64,000 nt of DNA from an uncultured Chloroflexia bacterium (GCA_963774265.1 CAVZDU010000007.1:384001-448000), one strand, 5' to 3'. Positions 30,739 through 42,648 are shown, counted from the first letter of the stretch. Translations and numbers: made by a program. The notes: a model not told the origin generated them from the sequence alone.

Positions 30739-32950
30739 ATGCCTGTCTCACCCAGAGCGTCGCGATCGTTGACTCCCGAAGATGTCGCAACCGTACCCCA
30801 GCCCGGCCTCGTCCAGCCGGTCGATTTCCAGTTCAGCCCGGACGACGCGCTGATAACATTCCTCCACAGCCCTGACCGTTCGCGGACGCGGCAGTTGTAC
30901 GCGTTCGATCCCGCTACGCGTGAGTGCGGTCTTTTTCTCGAACCACCGTCACAGGGAACAACGGACGAAAACGTCTCTTTGGAAGAGGCGTTGCGCCGGG
31001 AACGTGCGCGGCAGTGGGGCACCGGGGTGACCGACTATGCCTGGGCAAAGTTGGCCGCGCGGCTATTGGTCCCCCTGCCGGACGGTGTGTACGTCCAGGA
31101 TGCGGCGGGGCTGCGCAAGGTCGTCGACGGCGCGGTGCAGGATCCGCGTTTTTCGCCCGATGGCGCACAGATCGCGTTTGTCAGAGAAGGTGACCTGTGG
31201 GTCACTGACGTTCTCGACGGGGAAACCAGGGCTTTGACCCGGGAAGCTGCGAATTCCGGCGTCACGCGCGGCCTCGCCGAATACATCGCAGCCGAGGAAA
31301 TGGGCAGGCACGAAGGCTTTTGGTGGTCGCCGGATGGCGCCATGATCGCCTTCACCGAGGTCGACGAGCGTCACATCCCCATCTACCGCATCATGCACCA
31401 GGGCAAAGATGCGGTGGGTGACGGCGCTCAAGAGGACCACCGCTACCCGTTTGCAGGGAAGGCCAACGCTCGGGTGCGGTTGGGCGTGGTCATGGTGGCA
31501 ACCGGCGAGGTGCTTTGGATGAGCGAAGTCGCAGGTGGCCCGCAACCTGCGTCCGGGCTGCATTCTGCAGCCTGGGAGTACCTGGCGCGCGTCGAGTGGT
31601 TCCCCTGCGGTGACCTGCTCGCCCAGTTTCAGGATCGCCGCCAGCAGCAGCTCGACCTGATTCGCTTTGATCCGGTGACAGGCACGGGCAAACAGCTGCT
31701 TCGCGAGTCGAGTGCGGTCTGGATCAACCTGCACGACGTGCTGCATCCGCTGCCGGCGAATCACAAGCTGTGGCCGGGCGGATTCATCTGGGCGTCGGAG
31801 CGCACCGGCTTCCGCCACCTGTACCTTTATGATCGCGACGGCGGGTTGGTGCGTCCGCTCACCGAGGGCCAATGGATGGTGGATACGCTGGCTGGCGTCG
31901 ATGCGGCCCGCGGGATCGCGTACTTCACCGGCACACGGTCCGGAGCAACCGAGCGTCATCTATACCGCGTTGCGTTCGAAGGTGGGGAGCCGGCGCAGGT
32001 GACAGTGGGGGACGGGATCCATCTCGTCAAGCTGGACCACGGCTGCCGGCGCTTCGTCGATGGTTTCGAGTCCGACACGCAGCGGCCCTGCGTCACCCTG
32101 CGCGAATTGGATGGCGGTGGCGAGCTGGCGGTGATCTATCAGACCGACGACCCGCGCATCGACGAGCTCATGCTTCAGCCCCCGGAATTCACCTCCCTCA
32201 CGAATCGCCGCGGCGTCACGCTGCGGGGCATGACCTACAAGCCGGATCCGAGTCGCTTTGGGAGGGGACCGTACCCAACCATCGTGGATGTCTACGGCGG
32301 CCCACATGCCCAGCGCGTGATGCAGGCCTGGCGCAGCACGGTCAACATGCGCGCCCAATATCTGGCCAGCCTGGGCTTCCTCGTGTTCAGCCTGGACAAC
32401 CAGGGCAGCGCCAATCGCGGGCTCGAGTTTGAGTCAGCGATCCGCTGGGACATGGGTCATGCCGAGGTGGACGATCAGGTTGACGGAGTGCGCTGGCTGA
32501 TCGAGGCGGGATTGGCCGACCCGGGCCGCGTGGGTGTGTATGGCTGGAGTTACGGCGGGTACATGGCGCTCATGTGCCTTGCGCGTGCGCCCGGGGTGTT
32601 TCGCGTAGCCGTGGCCGGCGCACCCGTGACGTCCTGGGCCGGCTATGACACGCATTACACCGAGCGGTACATGGGACTGCCCTCTGAAAACACGAATGGC
32701 TATGCGATAAGCAGTGTCATAGTTCACGTCGCTCATATCAAGGGTAAGCTGCTCCTCGTCCACGGGCTCATCGACGAAAATGTCCACTTTCGCCACACAG
32801 CGCGTTTGATCAATGCGCTCACCCGCGCGCGTTCCGTACGAATTGATGCTCTTCCCTAACGAGCGCCACATGCCGCGGCGCCTGGAAGATAGGGTTTTCA
32901 TGGAGGAGCGCATCCGGGATTTCTTCATCCAGAACCTGAAAGGATCCTGA
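30739..32950 (+). CDS. S9B dipeptidyl peptidase IV, frameshift near 32830
   Basis: WWSPDG, VYGGP, GWSYGG, YDTHYTERYMG, DENVH; catalytic His region (FPNERH) lies in a second frame ending at TGA 32950. Confidence 0.92.
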
Positions 32951-32951
32951 C

Positions 32952-33419
32952 ATGGTGGAAACGGTCACCCTGCGCGAGATCACCGAAAAAACGGTCAGGC
33001 CCGTCTGCCGGCTGAGTGAAACGTTGTCCCCCAGCCACAAGAAGATGGTGGCGGACAACGCTGTGTCGATTGCCGAGGCGCACTATTCTCCCTATGCGTG
33101 GTACCGCGCCATCTACGCGGACGAGACCCCGGTGGGCTTCATCATGATCTATATTGGGCCGGAAGACGAAGAGCATGGCAAGCTGGACACGGTTTATTTT
33201 CTTTGGCGGCTGATGGTGGCGGGGCCGCACCAGGGCAAGGGATACGGCCGTCGCGCGGTCGAGCTGTTGATGGAGAAAGTCAAGACGGAGGGCGCAACCG
33301 AGTTGCTGGTCAGTTGTGGAGAAGGGGAAGGCAGCCCCGAGGGGTTTTATCGGACGCTGGGGTTCGAACGGACGGGCGACGTGCTCGACGATGAGGTTGT
33401 CATGAAACGGAGCCTGTAG
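32952..33419 (+). CDS. GNAT acetyltransferase (diamine N-acetyltransferase-like)
   Basis: NAVSIAEA, LWRLMV, HQGKGYG, PEGFY. Confidence 0.88.
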   Translation: MVETVTLREITEKTVRPVCRLSETLSPSHKKMVADNAVSIAEAHYSPYAWYRAIYADETPVGFIMIYIGPEDEEHGKLDTVYFLWRLMVAGPHQGKGYGRRAVELLMEKVKTEGATELLVSCGEGEGSPEGFYRTLGFERTGDVLDDEVVMKRSL

Positions 33420-33554
33420 AACGTGGAGGCTCAGAGCGTCCGCGTATTTGTAAACTCAAATGTATCCCAAGTGCTGTGGTGGGAACCCGGATCACAATAT
33501 CCTACGGAGAAACATGAGAGACTCACGCTATCACGTAGAGAGTAGGAGTGATCG

Positions 33555-33713
33555 ATGAGATACGGGCACTATACGACAAGAGCAACCGCTAAGGCGATCG
33601 CCATCGAGCGCGAACCCCAGGCCAGCAGCGCACACCGCGCCTGGCTTCTGAAGCTGGTTCTGCTGCTCTCGGGCGTCCTGGTCTTCGTGTTGGCCGGGAC
33701 CTATCCGGCCTGA
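33555..33713 (+). CDS. 52-aa small membrane protein, absent from the ORF track
   Basis: AGGAG RBS; MRYGHYTTRATAKAIAIEREPQASSAHRAWLLKLVLLLSGVLVFVLAGTYPA*. Confidence 0.5.
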   Translation: MRYGHYTTRATAKAIAIEREPQASSAHRAWLLKLVLLLSGVLVFVLAGTYPA

Positions 33714-33858
33714 GCTGAGCAAGTCTTTAGTAAGATGCTGACACTTGTGCAATCGTGCGAGTGCCAGCGCTTCCAACTCATCCTCTGGCGGCATCGCCAA
33801 CACTTCTCTATCTCAGTCACTACTGCGTTTTGCGTCACCTGCACTATAATTGAGCTAT

Positions 33859-35213
33859 ATGAGCACATTGGTGACAGTTGCTGACAGCCTCCCGCGCGAC
33901 CTGGGGAATGGGTTGATCCTGCGTCTCTCGACCCGCGTGGACGCGGAGGCGCTCGCCGAGTTCAACAGGTGGGTGCACCGCGATCCCGGCGTCGCGGAGC
34001 CGGACGAGGGGACCGCGGAGTGGACACGCGAGCTGCTGGGCGGCGGGCACCCGACGTTCGGCGAGCATGACTTTACGATCGTGGCTGAAAAGGCTACCGG
34101 CCGCATCGTCTCCACCCTCAACCTGATCTCGCAGACCTGGACCTATGGCGGCATCCCGTTCGGAGTTGGCCGCGTGGAGCTGGTGGGCACCGGGCCCGAG
34201 TATCGCCAGCGCGGCCTGGTTCGTCTCCAATTTGATGTCGTGCACCAGTTGAGCGCGGAGCGCGGCGAGCAGGTGCAGGCGATCACGGGCATCCCTTACT
34301 ACTACCGGCAGTTCGGCTACGAAATGGCCATGGACCTGAGCGGCGGCCACATCGGCTACGTGACGTCCATCCCCGCGTCAAAGAGGGGCAGGCAGAGCCG
34401 TGCGTCCTCCGGCAGGTGGTCGCCGAAGATCTCGACTTTGTGCTCGAGCTCGAACGGATTTCGGCTCGGCGCTCGCTGGTGCATGCGCCGCGCACTGCCC
34501 CCCTGTGGCGTTACGAGATCTTCGAGCGCCGGGCGGGCGACGGTCAGCGGCTCGAATGGCGCATCGTGCAGACTGGGGGCGGCCAGCCGATCGGCATGCT
34601 CGGTTTTAGCCCCGCGCCCTGGGGCGGCAGCCGGCTCCCGGTGCTCTGGCTCGAGCTCGCGGACGGATGGTCCTACGTGGAAACTGCGGCCAGCCTCCTG
34701 CGCGGCCTGCGGGTCGAAGGCGAGGCCGTGATGGCGGCCAGGGGCAAGACCCTGTCCGGGCTCCAGTTTCAACTGGGCGAGCACCACCCTGCCTACGAGG
34801 CGAACCAGGAGCGCCTGCCGCACGTCCGCGCCGCTTACGCGTGGTATCTGCGCGTGCCAGACCTGCCTGGCTTCCTTCGTACGATCGCACCCGCGCTTGA
34901 AGAGCGCCTCGCGGGGACGTACGCGGCAGGCCACTCGGGCGAGCTGAAGCTCAGCTTCTACCGCTCGGGCCTACGCATCGTCCTGGAGCGCGGCCGGTTC
35001 GTAGCGATCGAGCCCTGGACGCCGGTAGCGGCGCAGGATGAGGGAAATGCAGCCTTCCCGGACCTGACCTTTCTGCAACTGCTCTTCGGCTACCGGACAT
35101 TCGCGGAGCTGAGGCACGCGTGTCCAGATGCTTGGGCCGCTGATGATGAGGCGCGCGGGCTATTGACCGCGCTCTTCCCGCGCCGCTACTCGCGCTTCAT
35201 CCCGATTTCATAA
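33859..35213 (+). CDS. Eis-like multi-domain GNAT, frameshift near 34380-34410
   Basis: ELVGTGPEYRQRGL, ITGIPYYYRQFGYE, then FPDLTFLQLLFGYR in a second frame. Confidence 0.85.
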
Positions 35214-35225
35214 GGAGGTGACACA

Positions 35226-36200
35226 GTGAAGTATCGGAGGTTTGGCCGGACCGGCTGGCAGGTTTCCGAGATCGGCTACGGCATGTGGGGCATGGGTGGT
35301 TGGACCGGGTCGGATGACGCCGAGTCGTTGGCGGCCCTCCAGGACGCTCTCGGCCTGGGGTGCAATTTCTATGACACTGCTTGGGGCTATGGTGCGGGAC
35401 ACAGCGAAGGGTTGCTTGGGCAGCTTGTCCGCGCGAACCCTGGCAGGAAGTTCTATACGGCGACCAAGATCCCGCCGAAGAACTTCAAGTGGCCGTCGCG
35501 GCGGGAGTTCTCAGTTGACGATTGCTTCCCACCCGATCACATCGAGCAGTACGTGCATTCGAGCCTCCAAAATGCGGCGATCGAATCATTCGACCTGATG
35601 CAGTTCCACACGTGGGAGGATGCCTGGATTCGCGACGCACGAGTGGCGAAGACGATGGATGATCTCAAGCGGCAAGGGCTTGTGCACGCCTGGGGGATCA
35701 GCATCAACCGCTGGGAGCCGTGGAACGGGGTCGAGACGGTGCGTAGCGGCCTGATCGACTCGGTGCAGGTGATCTACAACATCTTTGACCAGAATCCTGA
35801 CGACGAGCTGTTCCCTGCCTGCCAGGAGAACGACGTCGCGGTGATTGCCCGTGTGCCTTTTGACGAGGGCACGCTCACCGGGACGCTCACCGTGGACAGC
35901 AAGTGGCCCGAAGGTGACTGGCGCAACACCTATTTCGTGCCCGACAACCTGATACCCAGCGTCAAACGTGGTGATGCGTTGAAGCCGATCGCCGCAGGCG
36001 CAGGCTTGACCATGCCCGAAATGACCTTGCGGTTCATCCTAAACCACCCGGCGGTGAGCACGATCATCCCTGGGATGCGCAAATTGCATCACGTGGAAAC
36101 GAACATCGCGGCCAGCGATGCTGGTCCGCTACCTGCCGATCTTCACGCCCGGTTGCGAGACCACCGGTGGGACCGCCAGCCGACAAAGTGGTCGCAGTAG
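35226..36200 (+). CDS. Aldo/keto reductase
   Basis: SEIGYG, YDTAWGYG, ATK, QVIYN, IIPGM. Confidence 0.92.
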   Translation: MKYRRFGRTGWQVSEIGYGMWGMGGWTGSDDAESLAALQDALGLGCNFYDTAWGYGAGHSEGLLGQLVRANPGRKFYTATKIPPKNFKWPSRREFSVDDCFPPDHIEQYVHSSLQNAAIESFDLMQFHTWEDAWIRDARVAKTMDDLKRQGLVHAWGISINRWEPWNGVETVRSGLIDSVQVIYNIFDQNPDDELFPACQENDVAVIARVPFDEGTLTGTLTVDSKWPEGDWRNTYFVPDNLIPSVKRGDALKPIAAGAGLTMPEMTLRFILNHPAVSTIIPGMRKLHHVETNIAASDAGPLPADLHARLRDHRWDRQPTKWSQ

Positions 36201-36210
36201 CGACGCGATG

Positions 36211-36242
36211 AGGTGCCGGGCACTTCGCAAGTGCCCGACACC
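36211..36242. repeat. REP-like palindrome adjacent to the IS
   Basis: AGGTGCCGGGCACT-tcgca-AGTGCCCGACACC. Confidence 0.8.
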
Positions 36243-36253
36243 GGGGGCATACC

Positions 36254-37510
36254 TAGGGCAATCGCATCTTAATTGCCCTGACCAAAGAGCACTTTGAGCA
36301 AGTAGGGCTCATCCCAGCCAGCTTTGAGACGCTTGGCCTTGATGCCGGCCTTGACACTTTTTTCCTGTTTGAGCAGGTTGAGGGCAATGTGCCGGAGAAC
36401 AGCGAAGTTGGCCGGGCCGTTGTCCTTGCGCACCCGCTGGTGATCTTCATCGAAGCCGATGTCGAGCACCCAGTGCAACCCGTTTTCGATGCCCCAATGG
36501 CTACGCAGCGCCTTGAGCATGCGCCGGGCATCGCCGTCCAGGCTGGAGATGAAGTACCGGGTCTCGATCGTCGTCTCGCCCGGCATTCGGCGCTCGGCGA
36601 CGACCTTGACGATCGTGTGGAGGTTGCGCCACCCAGCCCGGTTGCGCAAGTAGCTCACCAGACTGCCATCCGAGATGGTCCAACACTGACGGATTTCGAG
36701 GCGGCCATGCGCCTTGTCCGTCGTCTTGTGGTAATCGTGCGGGACGTCCTGGAAGTTCACTTCTTGAGCTCCCGCAAACAGTGCGTGGATGTCTTCGTAG
36801 AGATGGCCCTGGTTCTTCTTAACCACCAGCACGTAGTCGGCATCCTGTTCGACAATCGCCTGGGTGATCTCGGTCTGGCAGCCGATGGCGTTGATCGTCA
36901 CGATGCAGCCGGCGATTTCCAGCACCTGCAGCAGCTTGGGGATGGCCGTGATCTCATTGGACTTGTCGTCCACCTTGACCTGCCCAAGCACCAGATGATT
37001 GGCCGTCGCCCAGGCGCTGACCATGGCGATGCCCGCCTTGCCGAGCAGGCGGTTGCAGGAACCACGCAGCACTTTACCATCAATCGCAATGACTTGGCCG
37101 CGGGTCACCTGGCTCACGGCCTGAATCCATTCCAGAAAACACTGCTGGAACTGCTCGGTATTCAGCCGAGCAAACACTCGCCCGAAGGTGTCATGTGACG
37201 GGATGCCGTTGGGTAGTTCCAGGAACGTCCGTAGCCATGTCAGCTTGGCGTTCCCGAACAACTCCACCTCGACCCAGTCATCGGCGCCACACAGGATGGC
37301 GCAGATCGCAATGATGATGATGTCGAGCAGTTGATGGCGCTTCGTCCGGTCGATCCGGGGATCTGCCAGGCTCGCAAAGTGCTCGCTGATCGCTGCGGTA
37401 GGCTCGTCGTTCATGGGCTACCCTCCTGACCACTCAAGGATAGCCCATTCCGCCTGCCGCGTCTACCATCCAAGCAAACAATATGATATTTATTAGATGC
37501 GTACGCCCTT
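36254..37510 (-). mobile_element. ISAs1 family insertion sequence, 1257 bp
   Basis: Imperfect terminal IRs TAGGGCAATCGCATCT / AGATGCGTACGCCCTT; 10-bp duplication GGGGCATACC at 36244-36253 and 37511-37520. Confidence 0.93.
36269..37414 (-). CDS. ISAs1 transposase (second DDE Asp replaced by Asn)
   Basis: DPR, GIPSHDT, IAIDGK, KSNEI, VTINAIGCQ, HGRLE, HWGIEN. Confidence 0.95.
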   Translation of the reverse strand: MNDEPTAAISEHFASLADPRIDRTKRHQLLDIIIIAICAILCGADDWVEVELFGNAKLTWLRTFLELPNGIPSHDTFGRVFARLNTEQFQQCFLEWIQAVSQVTRGQVIAIDGKVLRGSCNRLLGKAGIAMVSAWATANHLVLGQVKVDDKSNEITAIPKLLQVLEIAGCIVTINAIGCQTEITQAIVEQDADYVLVVKKNQGHLYEDIHALFAGAQEVNFQDVPHDYHKTTDKAHGRLEIRQCWTISDGSLVSYLRNRAGWRNLHTIVKVVAERRMPGETTIETRYFISSLDGDARRMLKALRSHWGIENGLHWVLDIGFDEDHQRVRKDNGPANFAVLRHIALNLLKQEKSVKAGIKAKRLKAGWDEPYLLKVLFGQGN

Positions 37511-37544
37511 GGGGCATACCTTGGGCACCTTGAGCATCGTGAAT

Positions 37545-37611
37545 TTGACATCCCTATACCTTCTTGTATAATCCCCGCCAAGGGAAACGATTTCATGGTA
37601 TCGGTACCATG
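37545..37611 (+). promoter_or_regulatory. Sigma70 promoter with palindromic LacI-type operator
   Basis: TTGACA 37545, 16 bp spacer, TATAAT 37567; CATGGTA-tcgg-TACCATG 37594-37611. Confidence 0.75.
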
Positions 37612-37672
37612 AGATCGTGCACCCGACGAAGCCCAATTCTTTCCCATCCGTTCAGCCGCCCGAGGCAGAGTC

Positions 37673-38776
37673 GTGACTACCATCAGGGATGTGGCAAAAC
37701 GCGCCGGTGTCGCACCTGTGACCGTATCACGGGTGATGAACGATGCGCCCAACGTCAATGCCAAAACGCGGCAGCGGGTGGAGCAGGCGATCACCGAATT
37801 GGGATATGTGCCGAACGTGGCGGCGCGCAGCCTTCGCTCGAAGCGCACCCGTTCATTGGCTTTTGTTGTCCCCGATATCACCAATGCCTTTTGGACCACC
37901 GTAGCCCGCGGGGTGGAAGACGCCGCGCAAAGTCACGGCTACTCCGTGCTTCTCTGTAACACCGACGAAGACCTCGTCAAGCAGCAGCGCTATCTTGATG
38001 TCATCGTCAGCCAGCGAGTGGACGGCATCATCATTGCACCGTGTAACACCGATGCAGATCAGCTGGCGCCACTGCGAGATCACGACATTGCTACGGTCGT
38101 GATCGACCGGCGCATCGAGGGCTGGGATGTGGACACCGTGTACGGTGACTCGCTCTCAGGCGCGTATGCGCTCACGAAGCACTTGATCGGCCTGGGCCAC
38201 ACTCGTATCGCCATGCTGTCGGGGCCGTTGGGCGCGCCAACGGCTGAGGATCGCATCGCAGGATACCGGCTCGCCCTTCAGGAGGCCGGCATCGCGCACG
38301 ACGAGCGCCTGATCCGTCGCGGGGGCTTCAGCATGCCCGCCGGCCGCGAATTGATCGGGCAGCTCCTCGATGAGGGCTTGGCGCCCACGGCGATCTTCGC
38401 GGCCAACAACTCGATCGCGTTGGGAGTGGTGGAGGCGATTGGGGCGCGCGGGTTGCGCATCCCTGCCGACATGGCATTGGTGTGCTTTGACGACTACCCA
38501 TACATTGCCAGCTTTTTTCCCTTTCTGACGATCATTGCGCAACCGGCCTACGACATGGGCAGCGAAGCAGCGCAGTTGTTGCTGCACCGGTTGGAGGCGT
38601 CAGGTCCGCTGGAACCCCGGCGCGTGGTTCTCCCGGTGCGCATGATCATTCGCCACTCTTGCGGCAGCACAATGGGGTCTGGCGGGGGGTGTCCGCTCAA
38701 CCTCCCCCTGAAGGATCTGCGCGAGGCGAAGGACGTGCTTGTAGAGTCGATGGTTCCAGACACGTTCGCCGTATAA
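37673..38776 (+). CDS. LacI family regulator
   Basis: TIRDVAKRAGVAPVTVSRVMN, GHTRIA, IFAANN. Confidence 0.95.
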   Translation: MTTIRDVAKRAGVAPVTVSRVMNDAPNVNAKTRQRVEQAITELGYVPNVAARSLRSKRTRSLAFVVPDITNAFWTTVARGVEDAAQSHGYSVLLCNTDEDLVKQQRYLDVIVSQRVDGIIIAPCNTDADQLAPLRDHDIATVVIDRRIEGWDVDTVYGDSLSGAYALTKHLIGLGHTRIAMLSGPLGAPTAEDRIAGYRLALQEAGIAHDERLIRRGGFSMPAGRELIGQLLDEGLAPTAIFAANNSIALGVVEAIGARGLRIPADMALVCFDDYPYIASFFPFLTIIAQPAYDMGSEAAQLLLHRLEASGPLEPRRVVLPVRMIIRHSCGSTMGSGGGCPLNLPLKDLREAKDVLVESMVPDTFAV

Positions 38777-38894
38777 CCAGTTCCTTTAAGACGCGATCCC
38801 ACCGCACGGTTTAGCGTTTTGACGGATGCGGTGCGAAAATACGCTCGGCATAGAGTGGGCAGCCGGGCCACCTGGGTGGAGAGGGAGACGGACC

Positions 38895-40433
38895 ATGGGT
38901 GAAGTCCTTGTCCAAATGGAGGGCATCGAGAAGAGCTTCCCAGGCGTTCACGCGCTTAGCGACGCATGCTTCGAGCTGCGCTCGGGCGAGGTGCACGCGC
39001 TGGTGGGTGAAAACGGCGCGGGCAAATCGACGCTGATGAAAATCCTGGCAGGCGTATACTCCAAGGACGCGGGACGCATCGTCTACAAAGGCCGCGAGGT
39101 CCAGATTCCTAACCCCAGGGCGGCGCAAAACCTGGGGATCAGCATGATCCACCAGGAACTCAACCTGATGCCGCATTTGACCGTCGCTCAGAACATCTTC
39201 ATCGGGCGTGAACCGCGTGCTCGCACCAGGCTTTTGTTGGACGAAGGAAAGCTCAACGAACAAGCCAAGCAATTGTTCGAAACGATGCACCTGAAGATTG
39301 ATCCGCGTGCGAAGGTGGCGGATCTTTCGGTGGCCAAACAGCAGATGGTCGAGATCGCCAAAGCACTGTCCTTCAATTCCGATGTCTTGATCATGGACGA
39401 GCCGACGGCAGCGCTCACTGAAACCGAGATCGAAGAGCTTTTCCGCATCGGCCGGCAGCTACGCGAGAAAGGCGTGGGCATCGTCCACATCTCCCATCGG
39501 TTGGAGGAGCTGAAGCAGATCTCCGATCGCATCACCGTGATGCGCGATAGCCGCACCATCGACACCATCGCGACCCAAGATGCCACCATCGACCAGATCA
39601 TTGGTATGATGGTGGGCCGCACGATCTACGAATCCACGCCCGAGCTGCCCGAGGTGCCCAGTCAGGAGATTGCGCTCGAGGTGCGCAACCTGAACCGGGG
39701 CACCGTGATCAAAGACGTCAATTTCCAACTCAGGAAGGGAGAAATCCTGGGCCTGGCCGGGCTGGTGGGCGCGGGGCGGACGGAGGTTGCACGGGCCATC
39801 TTTGGCGCGGATCCCATCGACTCGGGTGAGGTGCTGGTCAAGGGCAAGAAGACCCACATCGGCTCGCCCCACGACGCGGTGGCCGCGGGCATCGCCTATT
39901 TGTCCGAAGACCGTAAACGTTACGGCCTGGCGCTCGGCATGGACGTCGAATCGAATATCATACTGGCCACGTTCGGCAAGTTCCTGCGGACGCTGGGCTG
40001 GATCGACACGGCGCGCACCCGCGTAGTCGCGAAGGCGAGCGTTGAGTCACTGGCGATCAAGACGCCGAGTCTGGCGCAGCGGACCAAGAACCTGTCCGGC
40101 GGCAACCAGCAGAAGGTCATCGTCGGCAAATGGCTGACCGCAGACACCGACGTCCTGATCTTTGACGAGCCAACGCGCGGCATCGACGTCGGCGCCAAGA
40201 GCGAAATCTACAAGTTATTGAACGAATTGGCGCAGCAGGGTAAGGCTATCATGATGATTTCCTCGGAGCTGCCGGAGATCCTGCGTATGAGCCACCGCAT
40301 CCTGGTCATGTGTGAGGGCCGTATCACCGGCGAACTGAGCAGCGCCGAGGCGAACCAGGAACGCATTATGGCCTATGCCACACAGCGCGGGCAAGTCGTC
40401 GTCACCAACGGCGCAGCAGCCGTCAAGTCCTAA
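38895..40433 (+). CDS. Monosaccharide ABC ATP-binding protein (RbsA-type)
   Basis: [21 protein letters not shown], two ABC domains. Confidence 0.95.
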   Translation: MGEVLVQMEGIEKSFPGVHALSDACFELRSGEVHALVGENGAGKSTLMKILAGVYSKDAGRIVYKGREVQIPNPRAAQNLGISMIHQELNLMPHLTVAQNIFIGREPRARTRLLLDEGKLNEQAKQLFETMHLKIDPRAKVADLSVAKQQMVEIAKALSFNSDVLIMDEPTAALTETEIEELFRIGRQLREKGVGIVHISHRLEELKQISDRITVMRDSRTIDTIATQDATIDQIIGMMVGRTIYESTPELPEVPSQEIALEVRNLNRGTVIKDVNFQLRKGEILGLAGLVGAGRTEVARAIFGADPIDSGEVLVKGKKTHIGSPHDAVAAGIAYLSEDRKRYGLALGMDVESNIILATFGKFLRTLGWIDTARTRVVAKASVESLAIKTPSLAQRTKNLSGGNQQKVIVGKWLTADTDVLIFDEPTRGIDVGAKSEIYKLLNELAQQGKAIMMISSELPEILRMSHRILVMCEGRITGELSSAEANQERIMAYATQRGQVVVTNGAAAVKS

Positions 40434-40449
40434 GCGAGGGTTGTCTGAC

Positions 40450-41460
40450 ATGGAAACCAAGATCGTCCAGTCCCAGCCGGTCAAGAAGACATCGATCTTA
40501 CGCTCCGACGCGGCGCAGCGTTTTCTAGCGTTCGGCGCACTCATCCTGATCTTCGTCGTTTTCCGGTTCCTATCGCCGTATTTCCTGACGGGCAGCAACA
40601 TCAGCGGCATCCTGATCGCCACTGCCGTCAACGGCGTCCTGGCTATCGGCGTGACGTTTGTGATTATCACCGCCGGGATCGATCTCTCCGTCGGCACGGT
40701 GATGACGTTGACGACGGTCATGATGGGAAAGGTTATCACGGATTGGGGTCTGCCGATCCCCATCGGGTTGTTGGTGGGGGTGGCGACGGGCGCACTGGCT
40801 GGGTTCATCAACGGCTTCCTGATCTCCAAGGCGAAGCTGCCGCCCTTCATCGCCACGCTGGGCATGCTGAACGTGGCGAAGGGCCTATCCCTCGTCATCA
40901 GCAAGGTGAAGCCGATTTACTTCGACTCCAATCCCGCATTCCAGAAGATCGCGATGGGGTCGCTGGTAAATCTGGACCGCTTCATCCCGGGCCTGGAGAT
41001 CAACAACGCGGTCCTGATTCTGTTCGGCGCAGCCATCGTCGCCAGCCTGATCCTCTCGAAGACGGTCCTCGGCCGCTACACCTTTGCCCTGGGCAGCAAC
41101 GAAGAGGCCGCTCGCCTGTCGGGCGTCAACGTCGATCGCTGGAAGATCGCGGTCTACTCGCTGACCGGCTTGTTTGCCGGCCTGGCGGGCATCATCATGG
41201 CTTCGCGCATCAACTCGGCACAGCCAGCGTTGGGCCAGGGGTACGAGCTCGATGCCATCGCCGCCGCCGTGATCGGCGGCACATCGCTAAGCGGCGGTGA
41301 GGGCACGATCCTCGGCACGATCATCGGCGCCTTCATCATCAGCACGATATCCAATGGGTTGCGCATCTGCTCGGTAAAGCCCGAGTGGCAGATCGTGGTG
41401 ACCGGCGTTATCATTGTGGGAGCCGTCTACCTGGATATCGCGCGGAGGCGCACCAACTAG
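40450..41460 (+). CDS. Monosaccharide ABC permease (RbsC-type)
   Basis: GIDLSVG, PPFIATLG, YELDAIAAAVIGGTSL. Confidence 0.95.
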   Translation: METKIVQSQPVKKTSILRSDAAQRFLAFGALILIFVVFRFLSPYFLTGSNISGILIATAVNGVLAIGVTFVIITAGIDLSVGTVMTLTTVMMGKVITDWGLPIPIGLLVGVATGALAGFINGFLISKAKLPPFIATLGMLNVAKGLSLVISKVKPIYFDSNPAFQKIAMGSLVNLDRFIPGLEINNAVLILFGAAIVASLILSKTVLGRYTFALGSNEEAARLSGVNVDRWKIAVYSLTGLFAGLAGIIMASRINSAQPALGQGYELDAIAAAVIGGTSLSGGEGTILGTIIGAFIISTISNGLRICSVKPEWQIVVTGVIIVGAVYLDIARRRTN

Positions 41461-41591
41461 CAAGTGTCGCATTCGCTGCGGCTCGGTCATCCCTAGGGGT
41501 CGCTCCGCGAAGATCGGCCGCAGCATCACTCTTTGGTCGTTAGCTCGCATTGAGCTCGACGGATAACACACTCAGGAAAAGGAGAAGCACC

Positions 41592-42621
41592 ATGCGTAAG
41601 GTAGTAGCTCTGTTCTCTGTCCTGGCGGTCGTGGCCCTGCTGGCCGGCTGCGCCCCCGCGGCGACGCCGGCGGCCAGCCAACCGGCAGCGACCACCGCAC
41701 CGGCCGCACCGGCCGCAGCGACCGCTGCACCGGCTGCGGCGACCACCGCCAAGCCGTACATCCCGGTCATCTCGAAGGGGTTCCAGCACCAGTTCTGGCA
41801 AGCTGTGAAGCTGGGCTCCGAGAAAGCCGCCAAGGAATTCAACGTCGACATCACGTTCGAAGGCCCTGGCAGCGAGGCCGAAGTCGACAAGCAGATCGAA
41901 ATGCTTCAGACCGCGCTCGACAAGAACCCGGCCGCGATCTGCTTCGCAGCGGTCGACTCGAAGGCAGCGATCCCGCTCCTCGAGAAGGCCAAGGCAGCCG
42001 AGCATCCCGGTGGTCGCCTTTGACTCTGGTGTGGACAGCGACATCCCCGTGTCCACCGCGACCACCGACAACGTGGCGGCTGCGGCTGCGGCTGCGGATC
42101 ACATGGCGACGTTGATTGGCGGCAAGGGTGAGGTCGCGGTTATCGCTCACGACCAGACCAGCCGCACCGGCATCGACCGCGTCAAGGGCTTCGTCGATCA
42201 GATCGCCGCGAAGTATCCTGACATCAAGGTCGTCAACGTGGATTACGGCGCGGGCGACGCGCTCAAGTCCACCGAGATCGTGAAGGCCGTCATCCAAGCC
42301 AACCCGAACCTGAAGGGCTACTTCGGCGCGAACGAAGGCTCGATGAAGGGCGTCATGAACGGCGTCAAGGAAACCGGCAAAGAAGGTAAGATCGTCATGA
42401 TCGGCTATGACGCCGGCAAGCAGCTCAAAGACGCGATCAAGGCCGGCACCGTTGCTGGCGCCATCAGCCAGGATCCGGTCGGCATTGGCTACAAGTGTGT
42501 TGAGGCCGCTGTGAAGGCGCTCAAGGGCGAAACACTGCCCAAGATCATCGACACCGGCTTCAAGTGGTATGACAAGACCAACATCGACTCGCCCGAGATG
42601 GCGCCGCTGTTGTACGATTGA
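41592..42621 (+). CDS. Monosaccharide ABC substrate-binding lipoprotein, frameshift near 42000
   Basis: LAGC lipobox, SKGFQHQFW, then FDSGV, QDPVGIGY in a second frame. Confidence 0.9.
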
Positions 42622-42648
42622 TCTGAATCGTACGACCTGAGACTGTGA

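Noticed and set aside
871-42621. Many frameshifted genes (yjbQ, permease, GH31, LacI, rnhB, araD, S9 peptidase, GNAT, SBP) as programmed frameshifting or mass pseudogenisation
   Set aside because: Single-base indels are scattered across unrelated and housekeeping genes with no shared slippery motif and no nonsense decay; long-read consensus error is the simpler explanation, to be checked by read mapping
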